DNA of 63,969 nucleotides, counting the filler, from an uncultured bacterium (GTDB taxonomy: Bacteria; Hinthialibacterota; Hinthialibacteria; Hinthialibacterales; Hinthialibacteraceae): assembly GCA_964449065.1 (NCBI GenBank). It is 3 parts of 3 records of this genome, joined end to end, with 100 filler letters (N's around TTAATTAATTAA, not from the genome) between each part and the next. Parts side by side here need not be neighbours in the genome. Positions count along the whole stretch, not along the records: positions 1 to 24,422 come from CAYVAZ010000030.1; positions 24,523 to 47,999 come from CAYVAZ010000031.1; 1 more part is not named here. One strand, 5' to 3'. How positions within the stretch are numbered: the first letter of the stretch is position 1; each line of letters opens with the position of its first letter. Under the pieces are notes generated by a model. It had not been told where the DNA came from. It saw only the letters and a list, made by a program, of their open reading frames with translations, and searched no databases. A program made the translations under genes and the position numbers. Shown here one piece after another: positions 19,333 to 29,577 of this stretch.

Positions 19333-20274
19333 TTACTTCTTCATCTCGACCTTATACCATTCAATCGTCTCGCGCAGGCCGTCTTCAAAGGATACTTGCG
19401 GTTCATAGCCCAATTTTTCTCTGGCTTTATCCAGCGCCGCGCAGGAGTGTTGAATATCGCCGGAACGGGGGGGGGCGAATTCGGGTTTGATGGCGGTTCC
19501 CAAAATTTTGTTGATGCAGTCGACCACTTCCAAAATGCTGATGCTCTTTCCGCAAGCGATGTTGAACATTTCTCCCACCGCGTTTTCTTTGGTCATTGCC
19601 AAGTTGTTGGCATGTACATTGTTTTGTATGTAGGTAAAGTCCCGCGTGGCTTGGCCGTCACCGAAGATAATAGGCGCTTTGCCTTGCAGCATCAGTGGAA
19701 TAAAGATGGCCATCACCCCGGTATACGATGAGTACGGATTCTGGCGCGGGCCAAAGACATTAAAATAACGCAGCGCCACGGTTTCAAAACTGTAGCATTC
19801 ATGAAAGGCGCGGCAGTAATGTTCACCGCTGAGTTTGGCGACACCGTAGGGCGAAACCGGCTCGGCTACCATATTTTCCTGCTTGACCGGCTCCTCCAAA
19901 TGGCCATAAGCAGAAGAAGACGAAGCATAAATCAAGCGTTTTACTCCCGTGTCTTTGGCGGCGGTTAATACGTTCAGGGTTCCCGTGCTGTTGCTGCGGT
20001 GCGATTCATCGGGATGTTGGATTGACCGGGGGACGGAAGGAATCGCCGCTTGATGAAAGACATAATCTACGCCTTCCATAATATTATGCAGCGACGACAG
20101 GTCGGTGATATCGCAATTTTCCAGATGCACTTTATCCACAAATGGCTGCAAGTTTTCGCGCCGGCCGGTGGAAAAGTTATCGACCACGATTATTTCGTGA
20201 TCCTGCTTGGAAAAATAATCCGCCAAATGCGAGCCGATAAACCCGGCACCGCCTGTAACAACAATTTTGCTCAT
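19333..20274 (-). CDS. NAD-dependent epimerase/dehydratase (UDP-hexose/HexNAc 4-epimerase-like)
   Basis: TGGAGFIGS, ASSSSAYG, YGVAK, RYFNVFGPRQ. Confidence 0.92.
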   Translation of the reverse strand: MSKIVVTGGAGFIGSHLADYFSKQDHEIIVVDNFSTGRRENLQPFVDKVHLENCDITDLSSLHNIMEGVDYVFHQAAIPSVPRSIQHPDESHRSNSTGTLNVLTAAKDTGVKRLIYASSSSAYGHLEEPVKQENMVAEPVSPYGVAKLSGEHYCRAFHECYSFETVALRYFNVFGPRQNPYSSYTGVMAIFIPLMLQGKAPIIFGDGQATRDFTYIQNNVHANNLAMTKENAVGEMFNIACGKSISILEVVDCINKILGTAIKPEFAPPRSGDIQHSCAALDKAREKLGYEPQVSFEDGLRETIEWYKVEMKK

Positions 20275-20426
20275 GACCTCTCCCTTTCATCCGGTCAAGT
20301 GTATTCCGGTCAAGAAGGCAATCAACCTGCTTGGTACAGGAACGGTTCCTGTATAATCCAAAGCGGGGCATAGTATTTGGCAAAATCAATATCTTGTTAT
20401 ACCATTCTTGAAAACATTGCAGGGGA

Positions 20427-21533
20427 TTGGGAATGGAAATATCGGATCTGTTTCAACTGGTTAAAGAAAAAAATGCGTCGGATTTAATCTTGACCGCGGG
20501 CATTTCACCGATGATTCGGGTCCATGGCAATTTGTATCAATCCGGCTTTCCAACATTGGAACCGAAAGAAGTCAAACGCTTGGTCTACAGCTTGTTAAAC
20601 GAGCAGCAACGCTTGCAGTTTGAGCGGGAAAAAGAGTTGGATATCTCTCTCGGTATGGGGATTGACCACCGCTACCGGGTGAATGTCTACTACCAAAAAG
20701 GCTGTGTCGCGGCGGCATTTCGCCCCATCTCCAACAAAATCCCCGATTTGAAATCGTTGGGATTGCCCGCTGTGGTGTATGATCTTTGCATGAAACCGCA
20801 TGGGTTGATTTTGGTAACGGGGCCGACCGGGCATGGGAAATCAACGACTTTGGCCTCTATGATTGATCTCATCAACAACAACAAACGCATGCACATTATT
20901 TCTGTCGAAGACCCGATTGAATATGTGCATCACCACAAAAACAGCATTGTCGATCAACGTGAAGTGGGCGGCGATACGCTGAAATTTGCCACCGCGTTAA
21001 AGTATGCACTGCGCCAAGATCCCGATGTGATATTGGTGGGTGAGATGCGTGATTTGGATACCATCCAAGCCGCCCTCACGGCCGCGGAAACGGGGCACTT
21101 GGTATTGGCAACCCTGCATACCAACGATGCCGTACAAACCATTGACCGTGTCATCGATGTGTTCCCCGAACGTCAGCAGCAGCAGGTGCGCATTCAATTA
21201 TCCCTCACGTTACTGGCGGTGGTCTCGCAACGCCTGTTAACCAACGCATCCGGTGATGGTCGAGTGCTGGCTTGTGAAATTCTGCGCAACAAGCACGCGA
21301 CCGCCAACTTAATCCGCGAGGGAAAAACCCATCAGTTGTACAGTGTGATTGAAGCCAGCACACAAGATGGCATGATTTCAATGGATAAATCGTTGATCAA
21401 ACTGTATCAGCGCGGCCATATCTCAATGGAAGACGCCCAAACGCACATGCGCCATCCGCAGTCATTGTTGCAGTATCTGGATAAAACCATTCGGAGTGAG
21501 GCGCTGGAACAGAAGGAAAACGTGTTTAAGTGA
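20427..21533 (+). CDS. pilT: Type IV pilus retraction ATPase PilT/PilU family
   Basis: GPTGHGKSTT, EDPIE, LRQDPDVILVGEMRD, TGHLVLATLH, ANLIRE. Confidence 0.92.
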   Translation: MGMEISDLFQLVKEKNASDLILTAGISPMIRVHGNLYQSGFPTLEPKEVKRLVYSLLNEQQRLQFEREKELDISLGMGIDHRYRVNVYYQKGCVAAAFRPISNKIPDLKSLGLPAVVYDLCMKPHGLILVTGPTGHGKSTTLASMIDLINNNKRMHIISVEDPIEYVHHHKNSIVDQREVGGDTLKFATALKYALRQDPDVILVGEMRDLDTIQAALTAAETGHLVLATLHTNDAVQTIDRVIDVFPERQQQQVRIQLSLTLLAVVSQRLLTNASGDGRVLACEILRNKHATANLIREGKTHQLYSVIEASTQDGMISMDKSLIKLYQRGHISMEDAQTHMRHPQSLLQYLDKTIRSEALEQKENVFK

Positions 21534-21573
21534 GAAGTAATCTTAAAAACGGTGCGAATGGCGCAGGAATGTT

Positions 21574-21807
21574 TTAGCTGCGGTCCCAAGATTTTCTCTG
21601 CGCTTCGAAGTCGGGCAAATCATCCCGGTCTTTCTACATCCCTGCCGCTTCCTTCAGGATGTCAGCCCGTCGGTTGCCCAAGTTGAAATCCAAATACTGA
21701 TCCAATGCTTCGCGAATCAGGTCGGATTGCTTTTTGCCGGTGGATTTGGTCATGGCCGCCAGTCCATCCCGTTCTTTTTCCGTCAGGTAGATTTGGGTTC
21801 TCAACAT
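21574..21807 (-). pseudogene. Orphan RHH/CopG antitoxin with an in-frame TAG
   Basis: GGAGG RBS; MLRTQIYLTEKERDGL...SDLIREALD...AAGM*KDRDDLPDFEAQRKSWDRS*; TAG at 21634-21636; no toxin downstream. Confidence 0.8.
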
Positions 21808-21818
21808 AGTTCACCTCC

Positions 21819-21843
21819 AATGTATACAGTAGTATTATACATT
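21819..21843. promoter_or_regulatory. Putative antitoxin autoregulatory operator
   Basis: AATGTATA-N9-TATACATT inverted repeat just upstream of the RBS. Confidence 0.5.
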
Positions 21844-22026
21844 ACATTGGACGACGCCCAATTCCAGATGCGGTATCCGCACTCTTTGTTTGAATCGGTC
21901 GATTAAAAACGCCTAAACGTAAAGTAAACAAAGATAAATGACCAAAGAGATTCAAGAAGATTTTCAGCAAAACAAGACTTTCAGCAAAACATAGACATGA
22001 TAGCCTCCCGTGCAATAATAAAAGGC

Positions 22027-24027
22027 ATGAATCAAACCGCTGCCAAAATTCATGTTTTGCCGCCTGAAGTCGCCAACCGTATCGCCGCCGGAGAGGTGGT
22101 GGAACGTCCCGCTTCGGTCGTGCGGGAGTTGCTGGATAACGCCATTGACGCCGGGGCGCGGCGGGTCGATATCGACGTGGAAAACGGCGGCGTCAGCCTG
22201 ATCAAAATCACCGATGACGGCTGCGGCATGTCTTCCCAAGATGCCCAGCTCTGCACCCGGCGCCACGCTACCAGCAAGATTGCCACCTTTGAAGATTTGG
22301 AATCCATCGGCACCAAAGGCTTTCGCGGCGAGGCGCTGGCTGCCATCAGTTCGGTCTCGAAATTCTCACTCAAAACCCGGCAGGCGGATGACGAATTCGC
22401 CACCTTAATCGAAACCCAAAACGGCACACTATCGCCGCCACAGCAGGCAGGCGGGCCATGCGGCACATCGATCACCATCCGTGATTTGTTTCACAACACC
22501 CCGGCGCGCAAAAAGTTTATGAAAAAGCCTTCGACCGAGCAGGGGCATATTTTAAATACCGTGACCGGCCTTGCATTGGCGCATGAACACATTCATTTCA
22601 CGTTAAAGCACAACGGCAAGCGGGTGTTGGATTGCCCATCGGTACTCAACCGCCCGGAACGAATCCGCCAGTTGTTCGGCAACGATATTATCGAAAACCT
22701 GATCCCCGTAAGTTTAGAAACCCCGGCCATCTCGATATCCGGCTTGATATCCCGGCCGACTCTATCGCGCAACAACGCCCAGCAGATGCACTTCTTCGTC
22801 AACAACCGGTTGGTGAAAGACCGCCTGATGCACAGCGCCACCATGAACGCCTACCGCAACTTGATCCATGCCGGACGGTATCCCGTGGTGTTTTTGTATT
22901 ACGAGATCGATCCCAAAGAAATTGACATTAACGTGCACCCCACCAAGCAGGAAATCAAATTCACCAATGAAAACGCCCTCTATTCCGCCACCTACGGGGC
23001 TATCCGCCACGCGTGGGATATCAAGGAAGAGCCCAAGAAAGAACCCCAACCGCAGTTTGACGGAATGAACCATGAAGATTCAGCGAAAAAAACCGAACCG
23101 GTTCCTGTATCTTCAACGAATAGCACTCCTCCTAAAGAAATTCATGTCTCAAAAACGGAACCAACGCCGCCAGTAAAAGAGCCTTTGCCCTCTGCACCTG
23201 CTGCCGCCCAAACTACCGCAAAACTGGAGCAGGCTCCAAAACCAGAACCGCAACCGCTGAAAGAAGAAACACCCGCAGCCAAAGAAACCAGCGAATCCAT
23301 CCAGCAGCTGAACCGGACACCCATTCAACCGGCCAACAAAGAGAATCATAAAACCAATGAAACCAAACCGGCTTTCAAACAAAACGGCCGCGGCGATTTG
23401 CAGTCTTTGGATTTAGACAGCAAGCTGTTTGTCACCAAATCGCTGGAAGAGTGCGGTCAGCTGCGCGTCATCGGGCAAATGATGGATAGTTACATTTTGG
23501 CGGAAAGCAAAGACGGCCTTTTGATCATCGATCAACACGCCGCGCATGAGCGGATTATGTTTGAGAAGTTTTTTACCCGTGCCGAAAACGCCCCGCTGGA
23601 AAGCCAATCGATGCTGATCCCGATCACGATTGATTTTTCACCCAAAGAAGCCGAGATAGTCACCGATCAACAAGATTTGTTTACAAGACTGGGATTTGAA
23701 TTAGAGCCATTCGGCCCCAAGACCTTTGTGTTTCGTGCCATCCCTTCCTCGCTGGATATGAGCATGGTGGAAGAAGCGGTGCACGATATTTTAGGTGAGA
23801 TTCAAAAAGATGGCAGCGCGAAAGATACCCGCGACCGCGCGCTGCAAACCATGGCCTGCCGTGCTTCGGTGAAGTTTGGCGATAAACTCTCGCTGGAAGA
23901 AATGCAGGCAATTATTCGAGATTTGGAACACATGCCGCGGCGTAATGTGTGCCCGCACGGTCGGCCAAATATTCTCTTGGTGTCGGATCAAGCCATGCAA
24001 AAAGCGTTTAAACGCACCGGGTTTTAG
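22027..24027 (+). CDS. mutL: DNA mismatch repair protein MutL
   Basis: IAAGEVVERPASVV, GFRGEAL, DINVHPTK, endonuclease DQHAAHER, ACR, CPHGRP. Confidence 0.96.
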   Translation: MNQTAAKIHVLPPEVANRIAAGEVVERPASVVRELLDNAIDAGARRVDIDVENGGVSLIKITDDGCGMSSQDAQLCTRRHATSKIATFEDLESIGTKGFRGEALAAISSVSKFSLKTRQADDEFATLIETQNGTLSPPQQAGGPCGTSITIRDLFHNTPARKKFMKKPSTEQGHILNTVTGLALAHEHIHFTLKHNGKRVLDCPSVLNRPERIRQLFGNDIIENLIPVSLETPAISISGLISRPTLSRNNAQQMHFFVNNRLVKDRLMHSATMNAYRNLIHAGRYPVVFLYYEIDPKEIDINVHPTKQEIKFTNENALYSATYGAIRHAWDIKEEPKKEPQPQFDGMNHEDSAKKTEPVPVSSTNSTPPKEIHVSKTEPTPPVKEPLPSAPAAAQTTAKLEQAPKPEPQPLKEETPAAKETSESIQQLNRTPIQPANKENHKTNETKPAFKQNGRGDLQSLDLDSKLFVTKSLEECGQLRVIGQMMDSYILAESKDGLLIIDQHAAHERIMFEKFFTRAENAPLESQSMLIPITIDFSPKEAEIVTDQQDLFTRLGFELEPFGPKTFVFRAIPSSLDMSMVEEAVHDILGEIQKDGSAKDTRDRALQTMACRASVKFGDKLSLEEMQAIIRDLEHMPRRNVCPHGRPNILLVSDQAMQKAFKRTGF

Positions 24028-24210
24028 CGCGTCGCGGAGTTGGATAGACAAAATACGCCGTTGTTTCCCAGCCTTACTATATCTTTTCCAATTTGGATTG
24101 TTCATGTAGCCCGGCTATAAGCCTCAGCGAATTAAAGACTGAGCACCTTTCTTGCCTGACAATCCTAAAAAACATCGGTATAAAAATACCAGCCGGGAAT
24201 AATAGGGGGA

Positions 24211-24420
24211 TTACTCTGATTTTGTTTCCTGCACACCGGTTACCGGTTCATCCGTATCGTATCGGAAGCCGTATTGCCGCATGATTTGCTCCGCGGCTTC
24301 GTTGGTTTGCCGGATAAAGTCATGCACATCCTTCGCTTCTTCGGACAGTTTCTTTTGAACACGCCACTTTTCTTCGAGGATTTCATTCGTATACATTTTT
24401 TTTGCTCCAAACAACACCAT
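24211..24420 (-). CDS. Small hypothetical protein, antitoxin-like; at contig end
   Basis: NEILEEKWRVQKKLSEE helix resembles small partners of PIN toxins; upstream context lost in the gap. Confidence 0.45.
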   Translation of the reverse strand: MVLFGAKKMYTNEILEEKWRVQKKLSEEAKDVHDFIRQTNEAAEQIMRQYGFRYDTDEPVTGVQETKSE

Positions 24421-24422
24421 TG

Positions 24423-24522
24423 NNNNNNNNNNNNNNNNNNNNNNNNNNNNNNNNNNNNNNNNNNNNTTAATTAATTAANNNNNNNNNNNNNNNNNNNNNN
24501 NNNNNNNNNNNNNNNNNNNNNN
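24423..24522. other. Artificial contig-joining linker
   Basis: 100 nt of N with a central TTAATTAATTAA (stops in all six frames). Confidence 0.97.
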
Positions 24523-24680
24523 GAAGAAACTTTTTGTGAAGAAATGTGAAATTGTAGGGGGACGCGGCAACATACCACTGTGTTTGATGATAATAGGTTC
24601 CCAACATCTCACCGTATATAATTCCTTAAGTTCGCATATACTCTCACAATCAAACCGAAAATTTTGAACTGAACAACAAC

Positions 24681-25271
24681 ATGTCTGATTTTATCCGTGC
24701 CCAAAACAATATTGGTGAGTTTCTGAAACGCTATGCCGATTCCATCCGGCAAATGGTGACGGACCCTTCCGCCTTTTACCTGCATCAAGCCGACAAGGGC
24801 GGTTTTATTGAAGCAACCGTTTTCGCGTTGATGAACATTGTATTGCAAAAATTGTTTTATTCGCTGATTATGGTGCCCTTTACCTTTGGGCTGTCGATGG
24901 TGTTCTTGATCCCATCCATCATGTATCAATGGCTGTTAATTGTGTTTATCGCCGTTATCCTGTTCGGTATGATCCGTTTTTTTAATGGAAGAGGCGATTT
25001 TGAAGCGGTGTACCGCAGCTCGGCTTATGCCAGCACGGCAACGCTGCTAATGCTCATCCCGATACCACTGCTTAACATTTTGCTGTTTGCCGCGGGAACG
25101 GCCTATTTGCTTTATTTCGCCCTTCGCGAAGTGCACGGCCTGAATCATCAGCAAACGGTGATCGCATTGGTGGTTCCGGTATTGCTGATATTATTATTAG
25201 GTGTAATCATGACCTTTATGATTTTATTTATCATCATCCGCGGTTTGATTACGTTAATGACTATGATTTAA
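24681..25271 (+). CDS. Yip1-domain membrane protein
   Basis: P-S-A-FY N-terminal motif, GRGDFEAVYR...AYA, LREVHGL, 5 TM helices. Confidence 0.8.
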   Translation: MSDFIRAQNNIGEFLKRYADSIRQMVTDPSAFYLHQADKGGFIEATVFALMNIVLQKLFYSLIMVPFTFGLSMVFLIPSIMYQWLLIVFIAVILFGMIRFFNGRGDFEAVYRSSAYASTATLLMLIPIPLLNILLFAAGTAYLLYFALREVHGLNHQQTVIALVVPVLLILLLGVIMTFMILFIIIRGLITLMTMI

Positions 25272-25291
25272 TTTTTACTCTGGAGAGTTGT

Positions 25292-26563
25292 ATGAAATTT
25301 CTTATTCACCTTGCATTACTCAGTTTACTGCCCATTTCCTTTGCAAAGGCAGACGCGTTGTTGATCCCAATGGACAGCAAGCAATCCAATCAATTAAAAG
25401 CGTATGGCGTTGCCTACTGGGCGTTGCAGGCTCCGCGCGTTTACAAGGCGGAGTGGCTGCTTAACTACCGCGGTGGTTCGTTTTTGGTTTTACAAGGCGT
25501 TTCGGATGTGCAAAAAAAGGCCGCGATGAAAGGGGTTATGTCTGAAGTAGTCAGTAATAGTGCCGTTCAATCCATCTACGATGAGATCGATCAAAACAAT
25601 ATGGAGCGCGTGATATTGGAACGGGCGCCCCAAGTGGCTGTATACGCGCCGCCAACGCATGACCCATGGGATGATGCGGTAACCTTGGCCTTAACCTACG
25701 CGGATATCCCGTATGAGCAGCTGTGGGATAGCGATATGCTTTCCGGCAAGGTGTTTGAATTCGATTGGCTGCATCTGCACCACGAAGACTTTACCGGCCA
25801 GTTTGGCAAGTTCTACCGCTCCTACCGAAACTCACCGTGGTACCTCGTAAAGGTAAAGCAGTTTCAAGAAGCGGCTGTGCGAGCGGGATATGCGAAAGTG
25901 CACCAACACAAGTTGGCGGTAGCCAAAGCCATCCGCCGCTATATCAAAGAAGGCGGATTTATATTTGCCATGTGCGCGGCCACTGATACGCTCGATATCG
26001 CGCTTGCGGCCGATGGTATTGATATTGTGGCAACTCCGTTGGATGGCGATGGCCTAACCCCCGGCTTTCAATCCAAATTGGATTTTACCAAGACTCTGGC
26101 GTTTCAGGATTTTCAAATAGTCCCTGACCCGCTTCAATACGAATTCTCCGATATCGATACCAGCCCCAGTCCATCCACGCCGGGAGAGCGGTATCAATCC
26201 AAAACCTTTCAACTGTTTGATTTTTCCGCCAAGTTTGATCCGGTTCCGACAATGCTAACTCAAAATCACACACAAACTATCCAAGATTTTTGGGGGCAAA
26301 CCACCGCCTTTCGTAAATCGAAATTAAAGCCGAATGTTATCGTTTTGGCGGATATCCCCGGCAGCGGGGTCGCACGATACATCCACGGTGTTCATGAACA
26401 GGGAACCTTCACCTTCTTGGGAGGGCACGACCCCGAAGACCCGCGTCATTTGGTGGGAGAAGAAGACACCGATCTTTCCCAGCATCCGCATTCACCTGGA
26501 TACCGGTTAATTCTCAACAATGTCCTGTTCCCCGCGGCCAAAAAGAAAGAACGCGAAACCTAA
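25292..26563 (+). CDS. Secreted conserved protein with class I glutamine amidotransferase-like signature
   Basis: Signal peptide, LKAYG, WLLNYRGGSF, LHHEDFTGQ, FAMCAATD, GGHDPED. Confidence 0.7.
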   Translation: MKFLIHLALLSLLPISFAKADALLIPMDSKQSNQLKAYGVAYWALQAPRVYKAEWLLNYRGGSFLVLQGVSDVQKKAAMKGVMSEVVSNSAVQSIYDEIDQNNMERVILERAPQVAVYAPPTHDPWDDAVTLALTYADIPYEQLWDSDMLSGKVFEFDWLHLHHEDFTGQFGKFYRSYRNSPWYLVKVKQFQEAAVRAGYAKVHQHKLAVAKAIRRYIKEGGFIFAMCAATDTLDIALAADGIDIVATPLDGDGLTPGFQSKLDFTKTLAFQDFQIVPDPLQYEFSDIDTSPSPSTPGERYQSKTFQLFDFSAKFDPVPTMLTQNHTQTIQDFWGQTTAFRKSKLKPNVIVLADIPGSGVARYIHGVHEQGTFTFLGGHDPEDPRHLVGEEDTDLSQHPHSPGYRLILNNVLFPAAKKKERET

Positions 26564-26613
26564 AGCAATTGCAATCGAAAATGCAGGAGATATAACAGTA
26601 ACGTCGACTACTT

Positions 26614-26745
26614 CGTTACATATAAATTGATAGTAGCCTCGCTTTTGTCCCCTCTTGATTAAGGGGGGAAGGGGGGGATCGAAGCACGCTTTCAACAACG
26701 CAAAATCCCCGGAGCCTACGGCTCCCCCCCTTATGCAAGGGGGTA
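26614..26745. repeat. Repeat family A copy (longest)
   Basis: AATTGATAGTAGCCTCGC...TTGATTAAGGGGG...GATCGA shared with 62821-62885 and 16904-16978. Confidence 0.8.
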
Positions 26746-26836
26746 TAACACTGCGTTAACGCTTGTGAATGACTCATCCCACTCATTTCATGTGGATGGA
26801 TAAGTTATCACCCATCGTATCATCCTTGATGGACTT

Positions 26837-28084
26837 CTAATTTGAATTGTCGATTCTCACCCGCTCAAACCGGATGCCTGTATCTTCTTCCTCTTCCTCG
26901 GGCTTTTTGGGTATCCCCTGAATGAGGCGGTCCTTTAACAAGAGTTTAAATTGTTCCACGTTCCGCCATCCCAGTGCCGTCATGACGGGTTTCCCGTTGG
27001 GAGAGGGAACTGTATAGCCGGTAAAATCGACCCGCAACTTCAAAGTTTTCATTTCCAACAGTTCTTGGGTATAAGCGAGATAGATGGCCACCGGATCAAA
27101 CAGTGTTGTACTGCGCGCATCCGCCGGGACAGTCGTTCCACTTTCGTCCAGCCAAACCCGGTAGTTTTGTATAAGATTGTAAATCACCTTATGCTTGGGT
27201 TTTCGTTTTAACGGAAGGCCATAGGGAATAGTTGGTTCATACGATTTGGTCAGTTCTCCGGCATCTTTTAGGCGTTCCAACTGCACCAATTCTTCCAAAG
27301 TCATTTCATTTTCGGGCTTTTCGGTTAATCCTTCGTATTCTAAAAGATGTTGATACACCTCATCGCGTAAAATGATTTGGTTGGTCACATCCAACGGAGC
27401 CAGTTTGATCTTCCAGGGTGCGGAAAACAAGGCATCCGCCGCTTTGGGGTCTTTGCGGACATTGTATTCCGCATCCGGCGTTAAAACGTTGCCATACCCT
27501 CGATTGATGCTGCCCATTGAGGCCACGATATTCACTTTGTTGGCAATCGCCGGTGCGCGGCGCAGCATGGTTTCGATGTTTTTGCAGGGGCCGGTTACGA
27601 TAATGGTGATGGGTTCCGTAGCCTGGTTGATCAAATTAATCATGGCACCTACACCATCCTCATGAATCCCCCCCGGATATTTCTCGATCTCTCCTGGATA
27701 TTGTTTGGGATTTTCTTTCGGATTTTTGTTTGGCAGAAAGAATTTCGCCCATTCGTATTGGTAGCCTTTAAAATCACCCGTTTTTACACCCACACCCACG
27801 GGGATATGCCCCTGATCCAGCCGGTACAAAAATTTCGCGGCGATTTTGGCTTTGGCTGCCGTATCGTTAAATTCTGTAATCACCATCCGAAGGTCGAATT
27901 CCGGGCTGCACAACAATAAAGCCAACGCCCAGGTGTCATCAATATCTTCGCCGATATCGGTATCCAAAATCACAGGAATCTTTGGCGGCCTTTCCTCTTG
28001 CGAGAACGATTCGGCAATAAAGAATGAGGAGTGGTGAATAATGAGTAAGGTAAAAACCATTATGGATAAACGCGGCATAATCAT
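26837..28084 (-). CDS. Exported inosine-uridine nucleoside hydrolase family protein
   Basis: DTDIGEDIDD, TGPCKN, AEYNV, PLDVT, LFDP; hydrophobic N-terminus. Confidence 0.85.
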   Translation of the reverse strand: MIMPRLSIMVFTLLIIHHSSFFIAESFSQEERPPKIPVILDTDIGEDIDDTWALALLLCSPEFDLRMVITEFNDTAAKAKIAAKFLYRLDQGHIPVGVGVKTGDFKGYQYEWAKFFLPNKNPKENPKQYPGEIEKYPGGIHEDGVGAMINLINQATEPITIIVTGPCKNIETMLRRAPAIANKVNIVASMGSINRGYGNVLTPDAEYNVRKDPKAADALFSAPWKIKLAPLDVTNQIILRDEVYQHLLEYEGLTEKPENEMTLEELVQLERLKDAGELTKSYEPTIPYGLPLKRKPKHKVIYNLIQNYRVWLDESGTTVPADARSTTLFDPVAIYLAYTQELLEMKTLKLRVDFTGYTVPSPNGKPVMTALGWRNVEQFKLLLKDRLIQGIPKKPEEEEEDTGIRFERVRIDNSN

Positions 28085-28311
28085 GAATCCTGTGTGAAGT
28101 CATTTGCATCATCATACACAAAACCGGTGGAAGAATGAATAGTGAATTCCAAAGAAATAGGATATGCGGCTTCGAAAAAACGCATTTTTTCCAATGTTCC
28201 TTCCCCAATGTAATGGGGGAGGTTCGGTGGGGGGGGTAATTGATTAGAGGGTTCGATTTTGGCAGCCGAATAACCGGAAAGAGAATCAGCCAAAATTGAA
28301 TGTAAGCAATA

Positions 28312-29244
28312 TTAAATCACAGTCTTAAAGTATTCGATGGTTTGCGTTAACCCGTCTTTGAGTTGAACTTCCGGCTCCCAGTCCAATTCGGCTTTTGCTT
28401 TACTGATATCCGGCTGGCGGACCTTGGGATCATCGATTGGAAGCGGTTTGTAAACGATTTGGCTGTTTGAACCGGTGAGTTCAAGCACCAATTCAGCCAA
28501 TTCGCGCACCTTCATTTCATACGGATTGCCGATGTTGACCGGCGTATCGATATCCGATTCCAGCAGTTTGATGATGCCGCGTACTTCATCTTTGACATAG
28601 CAGAACGAACGGGTTTGGCTGCCGTCGCCGAATGCGGTGAGGTCTTTGCCTTTGAGTGCCTGGCAGATGAAGGTGGATACCACCCGGCCGTCTTCCACCC
28701 TCATGCGGGGGCCATAGGTGTTGAAGATGCGCACAATGCGCGTTTCGACATTATGATAGCGCTGATAGGCCATGGTAATCGCTTCGGCAAAGCGTTTGGC
28801 TTCGTCATACACCCCACGCGGGCCGATAGGATTCACATTGCCCCAATAATCTTCTTTTTGCGGATGAATGAGCGGGTCGCCATAAACTTCTGAGGTTGAT
28901 GCCAACAAAAACCGCGCGCCTTTTTCTTTTGCCAATCCCAACGCTTTGTGGGTGCCGAGCGAGCCGACTTTGAGCGTTTGAATCGGCAGTTTGAGGTAGT
29001 CGATCGGGCTGGCGGGGGAGGCGAAATGAAGAATGTTATCCACCGGGCCGGGCACATGCATGTAGTTGGTGACATCATGATGGATGAACAGAAAATTCGG
29101 ATTGCCAAAAAGATGTTCGATGTTGCGCTTGTCCCCGGTAATGAGGTTATCCATGATCACAACTTCATGGCCTTTTTCGAGTAGTGCATCGGCTAAATGC
29201 GAGCCCAAAAAGCCCGCCCCGCCTGTAATGAGAGTTCTTGGCAT
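28312..29244 (-). CDS. UDP-glucuronate decarboxylase (UDP-xylose synthase) family
   Basis: [39 protein letters not shown]. Confidence 0.92.
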   Translation of the reverse strand: MPRTLITGGAGFLGSHLADALLEKGHEVVIMDNLITGDKRNIEHLFGNPNFLFIHHDVTNYMHVPGPVDNILHFASPASPIDYLKLPIQTLKVGSLGTHKALGLAKEKGARFLLASTSEVYGDPLIHPQKEDYWGNVNPIGPRGVYDEAKRFAEAITMAYQRYHNVETRIVRIFNTYGPRMRVEDGRVVSTFICQALKGKDLTAFGDGSQTRSFCYVKDEVRGIIKLLESDIDTPVNIGNPYEMKVRELAELVLELTGSNSQIVYKPLPIDDPKVRQPDISKAKAELDWEPEVQLKDGLTQTIEYFKTVI

Positions 29245-29577
29245 GGCGTGCAGAATCCTTACTGGTTATTGAAGACTCAGCATGTTAGACAGAAAATGAT
29301 CTTCTCGAAAGGGTTGCTCACTGATGTGACTTGACCGCGGTAAAGTAAACGTCATTGCAAGCACAAGAATAGACGTGAACTTGGAAATGAATCAATGAGA
29401 GGTGATTGCTTTCCCCCCCCGGTGCAGCAAGTTGCGGCGCGATGCCATGAAGGAATTGAATTACTCAATAACCGATATGATTTTACCGGATCAGGGTCAC
29501 AAACGGTATTCAAAAAGTAAGCCTGTAATTTAACAGATGCCGGTGTGCAACAATCAATACGAAAAAAATGCGCATGA

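Noticed and set aside
21634..21636. In-frame TAG (and the TGA/TAA in the PIN pseudogene) as recoding or an alternative genetic code
   Set aside because: TAG and TGA end ordinary genes in this window; the lesions fit point mutations in decaying TA genes
24423..24522. TTAATTAATTAA palindrome within Ns (also 48000-48099)
   Set aside because: Artificial six-frame-stop contig linker; not biological, and it breaks synteny
28081..28293. 70-aa ORF upstream of the nucleoside hydrolase
   Set aside because: TTG start, no RBS or recognisable motif; cannot be supported despite its stop overlapping the next start
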